Positions 39,055-50,530 of a stretch of DNA of 64,000 bases are shown here, in pieces. This stretch comes from Callorhinchus milii. Its lineage: Eukaryota. The translations under genes were made by a program, and so were the position numbers. How positions within the stretch are numbered: position 1 is the first letter of the stretch; every line of letters starts with the position of its first letter. The DNA lies in contig NW_024704743.1 of NCBI RefSeq assembly GCF_018977255.1, positions 97,590,001 through 97,654,000 on the forward strand. The letters run 5' to 3'. The notes under the pieces were generated by a model. The model was not told the DNA's origin. It searched no databases and saw nothing but the letters and a program-made list of their open reading frames with translations.

Positions 39055-39569
39055 AAAAAAAAACAGGATTAATAGGTGTTGTCCCACTGGTCAGCAAACC
39101 TTGGTAAGTGAGAGGTCCTGAATCTCTAAGGTGTAGAAATTCCACCTGGGTCTCGATTTACTCTATTTTCCTGGCATTTCAGAATAAAGAATTTGACAAA
39201 TGCAGTGATAATTTTGAAGCAGGTTTTCTGTAAGTTCTTTTGCGAACTGTAGAAAACCGGCTTCAAAATTAATTCTGAAATCTGCAATTTGCCAAATTTT
39301 GCATGTTCTGAAATGCTGAGAAAATGGAGTAAATCTAGTTCTAAATGGAAGTTTCCCCCCAAAGATTGAGATTCAGACACACTCGCCTGCTTACCGAGGT
39401 TTATAAATCTCCAGACCAGTGGAGTAATACCCACTAATCTCCTTCCAATCTCTTCTGACCAGAGTCTATGCAATACATGAATTGAGTGTGTCTGTCCCAA
39501 TTAAACCCACTATCATTGCTTAAACTCGATCACACCTGCTTCTCTCCTTGCCCTGTTCACTTTTTACAG

Positions 39570-39662
39570 AGCCTGTGACAACTTCATCAACTTTGCTCTC
39601 CTCCCCTCTACATTCCACCAGACGAGAAACTGTTATGCTGCCACAAACATTTACATCCAAAG
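39570..39662 (+). CDS. HHLA1: HHLA1 Ser/Thr-rich exon
   Basis: tttacag/gtatac, 93 nt, phase 1-1. Encodes EPVTTSSTLLSSPLHSTRRETVMLPQTFTSK. Confidence 0.68.
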
Positions 39663-39834
39663 GTATACATGGCATTTCTTAAGACTATTGAGCCAATCAC
39701 TTAACTTTGCAATCTCTTTGCTATTTATTTGTTTGTTTTGTTGTTTATTGGGGAAAAAACACAAACAAACGTGTACTGAAAAGGCTTGGGAGCAGAGTTC
39801 CATGGCTCAGCGCAATGTACTTTGAGTTCCACTT

Positions 39835-40099
39835 TAATAATAATAATAATTCTTGTATTTGATATAGCACCTATCACGTCTTCTAGACATCTCAAAGCGC
39901 TTCACAGAATATACTGTAAAGTGAATTAACTGTATATTGTGGGCGAAACGCAGCAGCCAATTGCACACAGCAGCGTCCCACAAACAGTTGTTTTATTATT
40001 TTTTTCTTGAGGGATTATTATCAGGCGTTTGGAGGGAATCAAACCTAGATCTCTCGCTTGCGAGGCAAGTACTCTAACCGCTGAGCTACAGGACTCCAC
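39835..40099 (-). mobile_element. Same SINE family, internally deleted
   Basis: Head (gtggagtcctgtagctcag) and tail present on the minus strand. Confidence 0.88.
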
Positions 40100-40329
40100 T
40101 TTACATTCTGAGGTGTCATTTTCACTGATATTTTTGCCAGCGACTTATCTTTCAATCACAAATGGAAACACGATTATAAATCCTTACAAAAAGGTTTCTA
40201 TTTGTATTGATTACCACGTGATAGAGTGGAAATCAGCTGAGCATTTGAAAGATAACCCTTCACCAGAAGTGAAGCAGTGAACGTTAGGGAAGTCCCCACA
40301 AAGCCACAAAAAGCAAGAAAGAAACATTT

Positions 40330-40655
40330 TATAATTCTTGCACTTGATATCACATTGTTAAGATGTCTCAAACTGCTTCACAAGATTTTATTGTGTGACC
40401 ATTTCTATGTGGGGGATTATTGGCCAGGACACTGAGAGAAATTCCCTTTACTTTTTGAACAGTGGCATGGGATCCTTAATATCCACATGAACAAGAAAAC
40501 ATGACCTTGGTTTAACTTCTCATCTGAAGAAAGGCATCCACAACAATTCAGACCACCTCCAGTACTGCACTGGAGGGCCAGCCTATACTGTGAGCTCCCG
40601 ACGTTGGGCTTGACTCTTTTGTCTCAGTTGCAAAAGTACAAACAACTGAACCTGA
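40330..40655 (-). mobile_element. DeuSINE copy
   Basis: Reverse-complement Deu core (agtggcatgggatccttaatatccac). Confidence 0.75.
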
Positions 40656-40954
40656 CAACTAAAGATTTCTGCTAATGTATCTCATTTAGTTACAACACAT
40701 ATGTTTTAAAAACACTTGGTTACATATTATTTGCAGAACAAACCTATTGCTTTACCACAAATGCTTATTGAAGCTGAGTCCATGATAGCATTTGAAAAGG
40801 AATTGGATAAATACTTGAGGAAAAATAATATTTAAAAAATGGGGAAAAAATTGGAAATTGGATCAGAGGAATTAGCACCAGCTCAGATAATGTCCTCCTT
40901 CTCTGCTGTAAACATTGTGCAATTTTTTCTGTTATTCTGCACTCTAATTTTGCA

Positions 40955-41320
40955 GAACTCTCACCTCTGAGTCAGAAGGTCGTTGGTCCACGTCGGGACT
41001 TAGAATCACATAATCTAAAATGACTCTCCATTGCAGTTCTGGGGCGATGTTGGATTGTTGGAGGTGCCGTCCTTCGGATGAGATGTTAAATCAAGGTCCC
41101 ATCTGTCTGTTCAGGTGGATATTAAAGATCCAATGATACTATTCAAAAAGAGAAGGGAGTTTGTCCTGGCCAACAAATTCCCCAAGTAAAAAACATATTC
41201 ACTCACTCCATGACTGTTTCTGGGATGCTGCTGTGAACTTACTGGCTTCCACATTTCACCCACAAAATACACAGTGAAGTGCTTGAGAAGTCCCAAGGAT
41301 TATTGTAAGGATTATTGTTA
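40955..41320 (+). mobile_element. DeuSINE copy
   Basis: ctctgagtcagaaggt...gaggtgccgtccttcggatgagatgttaaa...caggtggatattaaagatcc. Confidence 0.82.
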
Positions 41321-41372
41321 TGAAGGTGGCCATTTATACAGCTAAGTAATCTGTAATACAATTTTATTTCAG

Positions 41373-41432
41373 CTTCCTCGGCCTATAAATCTGAAACTAC
41401 TCAGAGGTTTGTAACTGTAGCAATGCGTTCAG
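41373..41432 (+). CDS. HHLA1: HHLA1 short Ser/Thr-rich exon
   Basis: atttcag/CAG|gtaagt, 60 nt, phase 1-1. Encodes ASSAYKSETTQRFVTVAMRS. Confidence 0.62.
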
Positions 41433-41874
41433 GTAAGTTCAGCACAGCTAATACAAGTAAGTTTTATGCACACTATTTAATCTAATCTCTACCTTTTCAC
41501 ATTATGTTTTATCAGCTAAAACTTGAATTACAACAATACTGGTTAAAGTCTGCAGATTATGTTGCACAGCACATCTTTGTTCTAACAGTTTACAATTTCA
41601 GAGTGGCACCAATAGGTGTATAATAAAGAGTAGTGCAGGAGCCTAAATGAAAGAGGAGAAATATATTAAAAGTAATAAAAGGCAGTAGGATTAGTATTCT
41701 GGGAGGATAAATTGACAAAGAACAAAGCACCTTCTTCATCCAAAGCTTTCTTGAGATTTGTGAACCTACATCTTGTACATTGCGGGAAATAGAACTTGAA
41801 TTTCTATAGCTTGTGTTGAAGAAATGTATCAAACTTCTTTACAATAATACTACCCAGTGTAGTAATAGTTCTAG

Positions 41875-42163
41875 ACAAAGATGCAGCCATTTTGCACTTA
41901 TTATAGTCCTGCAAACAGTTATGAAGCGAACAACCACTTTTATCTGAAAGATTGTAGGCCAGAATACTGAGAGAAACTCACTTCTCAAATAGTGTCATGG
42001 GATTTTTAATGTCAGAACCTGGATGTAAAGTTTCATCCAATGGGCAACACTTATAAGAACGTCGTATTTCACCAGCTTTGCAGTGAAGCTCAAATCCAAA
42101 TAACATTTGAACGCACAACTTACTGACCCAGTGTTGAGAGTCCTACCAAGTGAGCTAAGCTGG
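41875..42163 (-). mobile_element. DeuSINE copy, degraded
   Basis: Reverse-complement core and head. Confidence 0.7.
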
Positions 42164-42790
42164 CAATGGAGAGTGAAGGGAGAACAGGAACCAGCTCAGT
42201 ACATTTCATCCAATGTAGTGTCTTCCAGTCACTGCTCACAAAGCTGCCTGTACAGATATTTGGGAGCAGTTTAGCCAGTGCCCTCTCTGGCAGGAATAAT
42301 GGTGACTGTGGGAGTTGTTAGGAAAATGATAACAATCAAAAAGCTGATTATTTGAAAGGGAACTACAAATAAATAGGAAACCAATTCAAAGACTAGTATC
42401 TTAAGGAAAAGGTATGGGTGGGATCTATAGCAAATGATCATTTGTTTCATGACTGTTTGCAGGACAATGCTGTGGACAAATTGGCTGCTGCATTCACTCA
42501 AAAATGTCCAGTCACTCACTACCTGTTATAATTCTCGTGAAGTGCTTTGAGACGTCCTTCAGACGTGAAATATGCTACATCAAATGCATCAAATGCAATA
42601 ATTAAAATAATTATCATTAATAATAATAGCATGGACATTGTTTGGGAGATGTTGGTAATGAACAGAAAGAATCTAACATTGATCTGAGTAATACTGCTGA
42701 CCAGAAGCTCTGCATTCAGCAAGAATCTTGAGAATAAAAGGTCAGGTTGCCTTCATTTCATTCCACGCTAACATCTAATGTACACTGCAG

Positions 42791-42959
42791 GTTGCCGGGC
42801 TATTGCTAAACCCAGAGAAGATAAACCATTGATAGTTCCAGTGCCGGTGACAGTGGTTATTCAGAAGATAAATCCTTGTGTTCTAGAGCTTTGCCGATTC
42901 TTTCAACAATGCCTCTGCAACGTTGGGAAGCGGGGTCAGCCGAGGGGGAATGCTTTGAG
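42791..42959 (+). CDS. HHLA1: HHLA1 C-terminal Cys-rich domain exon
   Basis: Encodes GCRAIAK...VTVVIQKINPCVLELCRFFQQCLCNVGKRGQPRGNALR (cf. LTLAIQRLNPCLMELCQFFQQCLC). Phase 1 to 2. Confidence 0.92.
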
Positions 42960-43189
42960 GTAAACCTAAGCAGCATTTTATTCTTGCCTTAATTTGTCGA
43001 TTATGTTGCTTTGACTCTATCAGAAACTTGATTTCTTATTCGCACAACTGATATGGGATGTTATTCATTGCATTTCATATTGCTTCCAACTAAACTTTAT
43101 GAATCCTCCAGGAGTGGTGGTGTGGGTGTAAAGTACATCCATCACACAGTACAAAATCAGGATGATTTTTAGGGTGATTAAGGATGAAG

Positions 43190-43545
43190 CAACAATAACA
43201 TTCCACATTTCTACAGCGCCTTTCACATTAGGAGGGCTTTGCAAAGTGCTTCATATAGCTGACTGGGAACCCATGCTGGTGAAGAGCTGAGGAGAGGAAA
43301 AGTAGTGGAAATATGGCTGGAAGTGCTGTCAAAAAGATACGTCTTAGGCTATGGTGGGAGGTGACATGGTGGGCAAAATGGAAGGACTTTGGAATGTAGC
43401 TCCAGAGAAGGGGCGAATGGCTGAAAACTCATCCACAGATGATGGCGTGGAATGGGTAGGAGGAGGGGAATGAAGCAGGCCAGTGTTTGCTAAGTGTTAG
43501 GAGGTAGGGTCACAGAGGTAGGGATGGGGCGAAGCCATGGAGGTA
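43190..43545 (-). mobile_element. Old L2 3' fragment
   Basis: Reverse-complement L2 tail and purine-rich body. Confidence 0.7.
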
Positions 43546-44334
43546 ATTTATTAACCAACTTACTGCTGTTGGTTTAAGATCAATTAATTCCACACAATTG
43601 GGTATTCATTTGCGATTTTCCAGACCCAGAGTTCAGCTTCAAACTACAGTAAAGATAATTATACAGTAATAATCCTTACTTTTGATATAGTGCTTTTAAG
43701 GTCGGGTAAAGGTTTCACACCCACTCAAAGGATTTACTGAAAAGTCTAGTGCCTATATATTTTATAGATTTTTAAGGTGTTTAAGTTGGGGAGAGAAGGT
43801 ACAATTTTTTTTAGAAGAGAGTTCCAGAGAACGTGGAGGATGGGACATTGTGGATATTTGTCTACAAAATAGAGTCACCTCACTTCACAATATACCCTGT
43901 GAAGCACTTTGAGATGTCCCCCTGACATAAGATATAAGAATTATTATTGTTATTATTATTACTAGGTTGGTGATGGCATTTTTGAACCTGCTGCCCATCC
44001 TAATCTCAGCATTTCCGTGACAGTTTGGGAAAAATTGGCTTAATTCAACTTTAAGTATCATCAACATTGCCAGGAGCAAAATGCTTGACTATATGAAAAT
44101 TACCACATCATATAGTTCATTTGTTAACCCTATAATCTCTCAATAGATCTGAAAATGTAAAGGTTGTTGTATGATTCTAGAAACTACATTCATGTTAGAA
44201 AAAAGTAAATAGCCTCAGCCATACTGGCTTTTTTCAACCTATCACTGTAGGGATACTTATACCAATTTCTTTATTAAAGATACATGAAATTGTTGCCAGA
44301 TGTACAAATGATGTAATATGAACTGAATGTTTAG

Positions 44335-44417
44335 GTATTGCACTGATTATTACTCCTGGTACCTGGCACAAACATTTGACATCTGCAGAACCACAAAGCA
44401 CTTTGGTCGTCTCAGAT
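44335..44417 (+). CDS. HHLA1: HHLA1 penultimate coding exon
   Basis: Encodes YCTDYYSWYLAQTFDICRTTKHFGRLR (cf. YCLEYYSWFLKNATYICQRVK). tttag/gtaagt, phase 2 to 1. Confidence 0.91.
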
Positions 44418-46000
44418 GTAAGTATATTGACTCTTCTTGTGGTTTATTCTTGCCTGCCTTGCCCCTTCAAGGCCCGTTACCCTCCTACCCCAATCCTCCC
44501 TGCCCTCCACTCCTCCTGATCCCAACTCCTAGCTCGGGTGCAAATCCTTGACTATCCAGCACCTTGAGAAACCTCTTTATTAGGCTTGAAATTAAATTTC
44601 ACGTCACAAGATTGATGTGGATGAAGAAGGCCTTTCATTCATCCAATCTCATCACTGCAGAACACCCATCATACCAACCACCATCCCCCCCAGCCTCCCC
44701 CCTTCATTGCATTAAGCTGCTTTTTAAATGACTTCATCTTAGCCTGCAAGACCATTTTTGTCTTGAAGTATCAGATTGTGCGGAATTGTGTAAAATTCTT
44801 CAATCCAGGCTTAGTTTGGAAGCTGGTTCTCTTTCAGAAAAATATAGCTTCCAAATTAAAACTAAATTGAGGAATTTTACACAATTCCACACAATCTTGC
44901 ATTTTTGGAAAAAATTGACTCAAAAGCTAGGTGGAATTGCAGAACTTATCCTCTCTTCTCTTCTCCTTTACTAGTGCATCTGGGTTTGAAAGGGCAGAAG
45001 AACAACAACAATAAACTTGCATTTATCTACGGCCTTCACACAGGGTAGCATTTTGGAGTACAAAGAGAAGCAGCTTGCTCCTATATCACATGCAGTGACT
45101 GATCTTCACGAGACACACAAGAATAGCATCGTGGAGACTTATTTTTTCAGCTACCCAGTGTAAAGCATTATTTTATGATGCTTAGAATTGTATGTGAGAC
45201 GATGGAATAGAAAAAAGCTGAAATTAGTGTCAGAGTAGTTATATTAATTTTAATTTGTTTTAAATGTTGGGCTGAATGACCTGTTTCCATGCTGTATTAT
45301 CCTGTGTAAATCACCCATTGACCTCCTCAGTTCTAAGGAATATAACCCCAGTCTTACCCACCTGGCTGAAGCAAGTGGCACCATTTTGTGTTCTGGTTTT
45401 ATTCTTTTTATCCCACTCTTCAGCAAGAGAAAGCAAGAGCTATTCGGACTGAGAGCTATCTTCAAATGCACAGTACAAGTGAATAGATCGGATCATTAGT
45501 GAAAGAGCTGCATTAAAACTGCAGGCCCTGATAGTCTGCCTCAAGGCTGTGATGCATATTGTCCTCCACTCTAATTGACATTCCCTCAGTGACTTTCCTA
45601 GACTGGGAGTATGCTTTGGGAATACATAACAAATAAAATGCATTTACTGAAGTAGTGGGATTCATCCCTGCAAAGACTGTGCTTTTAAGCTTCTCAACAG
45701 TGTGAAGTAACAAACTTTTGCTTGAAAAGGGAAAGCAGATGAAAGGAATGATTCTGTGGGAAAGCAGAATGTTCAAAAGCAACGTCATGTGAAAACTCTT
45801 TCACATTTTACTAACTTTCTCCATTTATACACATTTGGTTTGAAAAACCTGGCCTCAATGTTAAAGTTCAGATTTTAAGTGCTTCTATGTTCTTAAAGCG
45901 GAAGGTAAGTCAAAAGGCAGTGTTTGCGTACTCCTCCTAGTTACAGAAGAAACAAATGTTACATGATTCTATTTCCCATAGATCCTCACATTTCCACATT

Positions 46001-46300
46001 ATAATAATCCTTGCATTTGATATAGCGCTTTTCACGTCGGGAGGACGTCCCAAAGCGCTTCACAGAACACACTGTAAAGTGAATTGACTGTATATTTGTG
46101 GGCGAACGCGGCAGCCAATTGCGCACAGCACTGTCCCACAGACAGTCGTGGATTGAAAATGACCAATTTATTTTTGGTTTTGGAGGGATTATTATCAGGC
46201 GTGTGGAGAGAGGAAACTTGCCCAAGGTTTTGTCCTGCCTGGAATTGAACTCAGGTCTCTCACTTGCAAAGCGAGTGCTCTAACCACTAAGCTACAGGAC
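46001..46300 (-). mobile_element. Same SINE family, near full length
   Basis: Reverse complement closely matches 52463-52787. Confidence 0.92.
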
Positions 46301-46749
46301 ATTACTTATTCCTGTGTGGTCCATGGCTGCTCTGCTGAGGCCACTGATAGGAACAAGCTGGGTTCAATCCAGAGGGGTAATTTAGAGTTAAGCAATGGTT
46401 TCAAACTTGTTCACAAAATTCTCTGTGGCTCCTGATCCAGGAAAACACAATGTTAAAGACTGTAGGAACACCCAGAGCTTTCCTAGGGTCAGGGGTCTCA
46501 GAGCAGCTGGCATGCTCACTGATGAGCTACATGGATCTGTTCAGAGATACACCAGTGTGACCAAGAAATGGGCGAGTCACATCCCCGATAATGTTCAATA
46601 AGTGTGTCTCTAATGCACTCTCGGATGCTATCCTGCGTGAGGGGCGATATATAAATGCAAATTGTTGTTGTTGCCAAAGCACAAGCACTGAAAGGCTGAG
46701 GTCCACAAATCAGCATGACATCCAGGGATTTCTTGCAGTAAACATTATT

Positions 46750-47290
46750 ACTGTGTGCAGTTCTGGTCCCCCACATTATAGAAGGGATGTTGAGACACTG
46801 GAGCGGGTGCAAAGGAAATTCACAAGGATGATCCCAGAACTGAGAGGTGAAACCTATCAGGAAAGGCTGAACATGCTTGGACTATTTTCTGTTGAAAAGA
46901 GGAGGGTAAGGGGTGACCTGATAGAGGCCTTTAAAATGATGAAAGGTTTTGATAGGGTAGACATCGGGAAGATGTTTCCACTTGTGGGGGAGACCAAACC
47001 AGGGGCCATCAATATAAAATAGTCACAAATAGATCAAATAGGAAAGTTAGAAGAAATTTCTTCACACAGAGAGTAGTGGGAATGTGGAACATGCTACCAC
47101 GAGGATTTGATGAGGCAAATAACATAGATGTATTTAAGGGAAAGCTAGATAGGTACATGAGGGAGAAAGGAATAGAAGGTTATGCTTGAAGGCTTAGTTG
47201 AGGAAGAGCAGGAGGAGGCTCATGTGGAGCATAAACACGGCATAGACCAGTTGCGCCGTAAGGCCTGTTTCTGTGCTGTATATTCTAATG
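46750..47290 (+). mobile_element. CR1 LINE 3' fragment
   Basis: HYRRDVETLERVQRKFTRMIPELRG...LGLFSVEKRRVRGDLIEAFKMMKGFDRVD; CR1 3' end cctgtttctgtgctgtatattcta. Confidence 0.93.
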
Positions 47291-47364
47291 TATTCTAAGA
47301 CAGTTTACTTGAGAGCTGCCTTCAGCACCAGTGATTCCTAGTAACGTTACAGAGTTGTTGTGAA

Positions 47365-47910
47365 CGGTTGAAGGGAAAGGTCTTGAGACGGGCCTTGAAG
47401 GAGGAAAGGGAGGAAGCAAGGCAAAGGCACTGGGGGATGGAGTTCCAGAGTCATAGGGCTGAGAGGCTGAAAGCTTGGCCACCGATGTTAGGGCGGGTGA
47501 TGTGGAGCAGACTGGAGCCAGAGGAACAGAGGGTACGGACAGGTAGGTAGGGGGATAGTAGGTCGGAGAGGTAAGAGGGTGCAAGGCCATGAATGGCCTT
47601 GTAGGTAAGGATGAGGATCTTGAATTCAATCCTCTGGGGGATGGGGAGCCAGTGGAGGCTTCGCGACCGCATTACTCCCACCCTCGCTTCCCCTCTTTCC
47701 TTCTTCAAGGCCCATCTCAAGACCTTTTTCTTCAACTGTGCCTTCACCTCCCCTCTCGACTCTCTACCCCCTCCTCGCTCCCTCCCTTTCCTCCCCTCAC
47801 CCTGACCAGTTCCCCGCTGCTCAAGTCCCGACCCAATTATCCAGCGCCTTGGGACGTCCTTCCGACGTTAAAGGCGCTCTATAAATGCATCTTGTTGTTG
47901 TTGTTAGTTA
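47365..47910. mobile_element. L2 3' fragment with inverted segment (minus 47365-47660, plus 47661-47910)
   Basis: Minus strand gives LHWLPIPQRIEFKILILTYKAIHGLAP. Plus strand gives RDRITPTLAS, SFFKAHLKTFFFN and the tail. Confidence 0.88.
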
Positions 47911-48055
47911 TTATTTAAGTTGTCATTTATTAACCATTAGTGCTCAGTTATATATTAGCACATGTTGTGCCACACAAAACTGACATTGCTTCCTTGCACT
48001 TCAGATGACCAAGGGTTCAGGTAATCTTAGCATGTAAAACATTTTTTTTCGGTGT

Positions 48056-48272
48056 TAATAATAATAATAATAATCCTTGCATTTGATATAGCGCTTTTCA
48101 CATCGGGAGGACGTCCCAAAGCGCTTCACAGAACACACTGTAAAGTGAATTGATTGTATATTTGTGGGCGAACGCAGCAGCCAATTGCACACAGCAATGT
48201 CCCACAAACAGTCGTAGATTGAAAATGACCAATTTATTATTGTTTTTGGTTTTGGAGGGATTATTATTATTA
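48056..48272 (-). mobile_element. Same SINE family, 5'-truncated
   Basis: 3' two-thirds only. Confidence 0.9.
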
Positions 48273-48644
48273 AGAATCAAAATTATGGGAAATTCTTAAA
48301 TTCAGCCTTCATTTGGAAGCTGATTCTTTTTGCAGACAGCAGAAAATTGGTTTTCAAACAAAAACTAAATTTAAAAATGTTCCACAATTCTGGGACCATC
48401 TGAAATGTTAAGACTAAATAGTCTGACAGTCTAAGACGAGATAAGATTTCAGTTCTCAGTATTCAACAGACAATTTCTCTACAGAAATACAATTCTATCA
48501 GCATTTTTTCTGCTCTAGTGCTTTATCCCTAGAAATATTGCCTGAGCTCTCCCTTCCGCTTTAATACATTTGCTTTGTAGAGAAATCCGTTTTGCATCAA
48601 ATATTGTTAGGCTGTAAGCTCTGATATCTTTCTGTTTGCTGCAG

Positions 48645-48697
48645 CATTGAGACAGAAATGTCTAACACAAATCTGCAAATCAAGTCGGACATCATAG
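48645..48697 (+). CDS. HHLA1: HHLA1 last coding exon
   Basis: ctgcag|ca. Encodes SLRQKCLTQICKSSRTS* (cf. TLKQKCLENICKSV*). Confidence 0.9.
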
Positions 48698-50049
48698 GTG
48701 AAAGATGAGGAGGAGAGAACATTCTCATCGGATATACAGCCACGCTTGGAATGTTCTGGAAGTATCTTCTTGCCTAATAAATAATAATAATCCTTGCATT
48801 AAATATAGCGTCTTTCAAGACAAGGGGACATGTCAAAAACCTTCACAGGATTCACTGAGTACTTTTGTAGACAAATCCATCTAGCTGTTAAATAAGAAAC
48901 AGTCATTTGGTATAGTGATCGATCCCTGCACAATGAATTTCGAACAACTTAGAAATAGAGGCTAGTGCAAATGAATGCAGTCAATTTCTTATAACCAATA
49001 TTATATTCTCTCCTTACAACAAATATTGTAAGTTTTAAGAAAAGAGCACTGGCTAAGCATTAGACTTAAACAAAAAGGACCAATAACAGCACTCACTGGT
49101 AACAATCGATTGCTTGTAAAGTCTCTCTGTGTTTAATTCCAGGGGATAAAATTAAATCAATGGCGAGCTGCTAAAGTGTTCGATTCTTTGATTCTGGTGA
49201 TAATTCTCACATTGAATTTCTGCTTTTCTGAGCCCTCTGTAGCTGCGTCTCCAGACTCTGAAGCAAAACAAGAGCTTCTTGTGTTTATCAGACATCCAGA
49301 AGACCACAAATAACCAAGCCTTCTCGGGAGGACATTAAATACCAAAATATGCACTTTTGTAAACAGTAGTTTTAACTACCAACAAATTTACTGACCAGCA
49401 GCCTTAATAATTAGAAGACAGAATGACTCTCAGTACGATGCGAACCTCAGAGATGTCTCTGCCGATGTCACTAATCTGGATGACAGCTATTTTGTGGCCT
49501 CGCTTATAACTAGAAATGTTATAAGATCAAGATGTTTAAATGTCCAGATCCCAACAAATTGTGGATGTGTTTCCTCTGTTTGCCATGTGCAATTTTTTTT
49601 AATTGAAATTGAAATCTAATGGAATTTGTCAAGTTGTTGAATTCAAATGAATTAGTTTGGAAGTCAGTTTTTTGTGATTCTTAAAATAACTTATTTGGTT
49701 ATAAGTCACTTGTACGAGTATAGCATGTGGCATAAGGTCCAACAGCAGACTCCAAGGAAGGTCAAATGTCCTAGTCAATACACTCCAATGTGTAAATAGA
49801 CAGTTTAGATTTAATTACTTTACACAGAGAGGAGTTAATGTGTTGGACAGTTCACTCAGCGAAACAGTGGAGGCAATAGCGTTGGCCACTTCAAGAGGGA
49901 ATTGGAGCATTTCTGACAGTGAAGAGGAAGCTTGACCCATTGACTAACTGCTTCTGTGGTTTACAAGTGCCCTGTGTTAAGATGATACTTAACCTGTGAT
50001 ATCATGTGGCATTACTCTCCAGGGAAGAAAGGATTAGAAGCATCAACAT

Positions 50050-50530
50050 GTACAACATAAAATGAGGCCATTTGGAACTCCCTGAAATAGTTTTCCATTT
50101 AGTTTGATCCTCCCAACTTTTCCTCATATACTTGATACTATTTCTCCTTTTTGGATATTCTATCTTGTTCTCTCTTAAAAGCTAATATCAACCATCATTC
50201 TAGGTTGAGGATTTCACATTCCTAACAACTCTCTGTGTGAATAAATATCTTCTAATATTTCTCTTTTCTATTTGGGGCATCACTTTAAACCTATGTCTTC
50301 TGGTTACTGATACAACAACCAGTGGAAATAATTTTTCCATTTTTTAAAAAAATAACCTCTATCAGGTTGCCTCTAAAACTATTCTGTTCCAAGGAAAACC
50401 ACCCCAGTTCTTCCAGTCTCTCTTCATAAGTAAAACCTCTCATTATAGTGAATTTCCTCCACATCTTCTCTATGGCCTTGACATCCTCCCTATAGTGGGG
50501 TGCTCAACACTGGATGCAATACTCCAAGAT
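50050..50530 (-). mobile_element. Old CR1 3' fragment
   Basis: Reverse-complement similarity to 46750-47290 (e.g. tcacattcctaacaactctctgtgtgaa, cctctatcaggttgcctct). Confidence 0.75.
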
